A stretch of 64,000 nt of DNA, taken from Candidatus Eiseniibacteriota bacterium (GTDB lineage: Bacteria > Eisenbacteria > RBG-16-71-46). The notes beneath the pieces are model-generated. The model was given only the letters and a program-made list of their open reading frames with translations. It was not told the origin of the DNA and searched no databases. The translations under genes and the position numbers were made by a program. The stretch spans positions 1-64,000 of the forward strand of contig CAVZLN010000006.1 of assembly GCA_963776245.1 (NCBI GenBank), in the 5' to 3' direction. Below are positions 61,974-64,000 of the stretch, in pieces. How positions within the stretch are numbered: the stretch's first letter is position 1; every line of letters starts with the position of its first letter.

Positions 61974-64000
61974 ATGACCGACCGATCCCTCGCCCGAACC
62001 GCCGCGTGGTCGCTGCGCGCGGCGCTGCTCTGCCTCCTGCCCGTCCTCCCCCGCCCCGCGCTCGCCCAGTTCCACCTCACCGAGACCGGGGACCTGCGCC
62101 TCGCGTACTACGAGCGCACCCAGGGCTTCATCGTGCCGCACACCGCGCGCTGCTTCGAGAACGCGATGGCGTTCTACCGCCGGGTCCTCCACTACGCCCC
62201 CACCGAGCGCGTGAACGTGTTCCTCGACGACACCGGGGACTACGGCAACGCGGGCGTCTGGGGCGCGCCGCGCAGCAGCATGATGGTGCAGATCGCGCCC
62301 GCCAACTTCGTGTACGAGACCGCGCCCTCGAACGAGCGCATCAACTTCCTCATGAACCACGAGCTCGCGCACGTGGTCACCCTCGACCAGGCGGCGGGCC
62401 GCGACCGGCTCTTCCGGCGGCTGTTCCACGGCAAGGTGCGCCGAGAGCGCCGATCACCCCGAGACCATCTTCTACAACTACCTCACGCTGCCGCGGCGGG
62501 TCGCGCCGCGCTGGCACCGCGAGGGCGCGGCGGTGTTCTTCGAGACCTGGATGGCCGGCGGCTACGGCCGCGCCCAGGGCCCCTACGACGAGATGGTGTT
62601 CCGGTCGATGGTGCGCGACAGCGCGCACTTCTACGACCCGCTCGGGCTCGAGGCCGAGGGCGTGCGCGTGGACTTCCAGATCGGCGTGAATGCCTACCTG
62701 TACGGCACGCGATTCATGACCTACATGGCCTACCAGTACTCGCCCGAGAAGCTCGTGGACTGGGTCTCGCGCACGCCCGGCTCGCGGGCCTACTTCGCGT
62801 CGCAGTTCCGGCACGTGTACGGGAAGTCGCTGGAGCAGGGCTGGCGGGAGTGGATCGACTGGGAACACGCGTTCCAGAAGGCGAATCTCGACTCGGTGCA
62901 CCGCTTCCCCACCACCACGTCCCGCGACCTGTCGCCGAGCGCGCTCGGCTCGGTCTCGCGCGCCTGCCTCGACTCGGCCTCGCGCACGCTCTACGCCGGC
63001 GTGAACTACCCGGGGACGGTGCCCTACATCGCGGCCCTGCCGCTCGACGGCGGCCCGCTTCGGAACGTGCGCGAGGTCAAGGGGCCGGCGCTCTACTTCG
63101 TGTGCTCGCTCGCCTACGACCCCGACGGCAAGGTGCTGTTCTACACCACCGACAACAACGAATGGCGCGACCTCAACCAGCTCGACCCGGCCACCGGCCG
63201 GACCCGGCGGTTGATGAAGGACGCGCGCGTCGGCGACCTCGCCTTCAATCGCCAGGACCGTTCGCTGTGGGGCGTGCGTCACTTCAACGGCATCTCGACG
63301 CTGGTGCGGTTCCCCTATCCCTACAAGGACTACCACCGGGTGTTCGCGTTCCCGTACGGACGCGACCTCTACGACATCGACATCTCCCCCGACGGCACCC
63401 GGCTGGTGGCCTCGGTGCCCGAGATCAACGGCCGCCAGTACCTGCGGCTGATGAGCGTGCCCGCGCTGCTCGCGGGCGACACGACGTCGCGGGCGCTCTA
63501 CGACTTCGGCAGCTCGATCCCCAACAGTTTCGTGTTCTCGCCGGACGGACGCTTCCTGTACGGCAGCTCGTACTACACCGGCGTCTCGAACGTCTTCCGG
63601 TACGATCTCGTCGCGGACTCCATGGACGTGATCACCAACGCCGAGACCGGCTACTTCCGCCCGGTGCCGCTGGGCGGCGACTCGCTGGTGGCGTTCCGCT
63701 ATTCCGGCAAGGGCTTCGTCCCCACGCTGATCGCCGACCGTCCCCTGCGCGACGTGAGCGCCATCACGTTCCTGGGCCAGCAGCTGGCCGAGAAGCACCC
63801 CGTGGTCAAGACCTGGATGGTGCCTTCGCCGCTCAGCGTGAACCTGGACTCGCTCACCACGTTCTCCGGGCCCTACCGCCCCTGGAGCCGGTTCGGGCTC
63901 GCGGACCTGTACCCGGTGGTCGAGGGGTACAAGAACACCACCGCGGGCGGCCTCCACCTCGACTTCTCCGACCCGTTCTCGTTCCACCGCATCGAGGTCA
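61974..64000 (+). CDS. Large secreted protein with a zincin-like HExxH domain and a TolB-like propeller (frameshift near 62440; runs off the window)
   Basis: Signal peptide; MNHELAHVV, APRWHREGAAVFFET; DISPDG and FSPDG repeats. Read directly from the sequence; not in the ORF track. Confidence 0.8.
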   Translation, partial: MTDRSLARTAAWSLRAALLCLLPVLPRPALAQFHLTETGDLRLAYYERTQGFIVPHTARCFENAMAFYRRVLHYAPTERVNVFLDDTGDYGNAGVWGAPRSSMMVQIAPANFVYETAPSNERINFLMNHELAHVVTLDQAAGRDRLFRRLFHGKVRRERRSPRDHLLQLPHAAAAGRAALAPRGRGGVLRDLDGRRLRPRPGPLRRDGVPVDGARQRALLRPARARGRGRARGLPDRRECLPVRHAIHDLHGLPVLAREARGLGLAHARLAGLLRVAVPARVREVAGAGLAGVDRLGTRVPEGESRLGAPLPHHHVPRPVAERARLGLARLPRLGLAHALRRRELPGDGALHRGPAARRRPASERARGQGAGALLRVLARLRPRRQGAVLHHRQQRMARPQPARPGHRPDPAVDEGRARRRPRLQSPGPFAVGRASLQRHLDAGAVPLSLQGLPPGVRVPVRTRPLRHRHLPRRHPAGGLGARDQRPPVPAADERARAARGRHDVAGALRLRQLDPQQFRVLAGRTLPVRQLVLHRRLERLPVRSRRGLHGRDHQRRDRLLPPGAAGRRLAGGVPLFRQGLRPHADRRPSPARRERHHVPGPAAGREAPRGQDLDGAFAAQREPGLAHHVLRALPPLEPVRARGPVPGGRGVQEHHRGRPPPRLLRPVLVPPHRG

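Overview
High-GC bacterial window with many indel frameshifts, probably from a long-read assembly. Secreted proteins ending in FlgD/T9SS-like Ig tails or [S/T]WGxxKxx[Y/F]R tails suggest Ca. Eisenbacteria or a related lineage (inference only). (1) 1-11.3 kb is the right end of an element integrated at tRNA-Leu(CAA). It has the displaced tRNA 3' half (att) with arm-like repeats, a lambda-like cos site, an iteron-like array, a ParB-DNA methyltransferase, and small and large (GpA) terminases. No portal or capsid genes follow; two large secreted repeat proteins flank the module instead. (2) 11.5-20 kb holds accessory envelope genes: GT-C-like, Sel1, NHL, HNH and IS3 relics, an exosortase with a partner membrane protein, an ACP and an acetyltransferase. 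(3) 20-32 kb encodes a secreted hydrolase, a TonB-dependent receptor, a TPR membrane protein, a 13-heme cytochrome c with a beta-barrel partner, and an S9 peptidase. (4) 32.6-43.4 kb is a nine-gene catabolic operon of unknown substrate: GNAT, thiolase lacking the catalytic Cys, DUF35, xanthine-dehydrogenase-family Mo enzyme, FdrA, DUF1116, cyclase, DUF2877. (5) 45.5-57.8 kb is a class I benzoyl-CoA pathway (had-oah-dch-tetR-bcrCBAD) with a visible promoter/operator, followed by an SDR, a LeuA-family synthase and a thiolase. (6) 58-64 kb holds an RsbW/STAS pair, an ECF sigma/anti-sigma pair with two matching promoters, and secreted proteins. The strongest candidates for undescribed systems are the packaging-only island, the Mo-hydroxylase/FdrA/cyclase operon beside BCR, and an exosortase/WG-tail sorting system.
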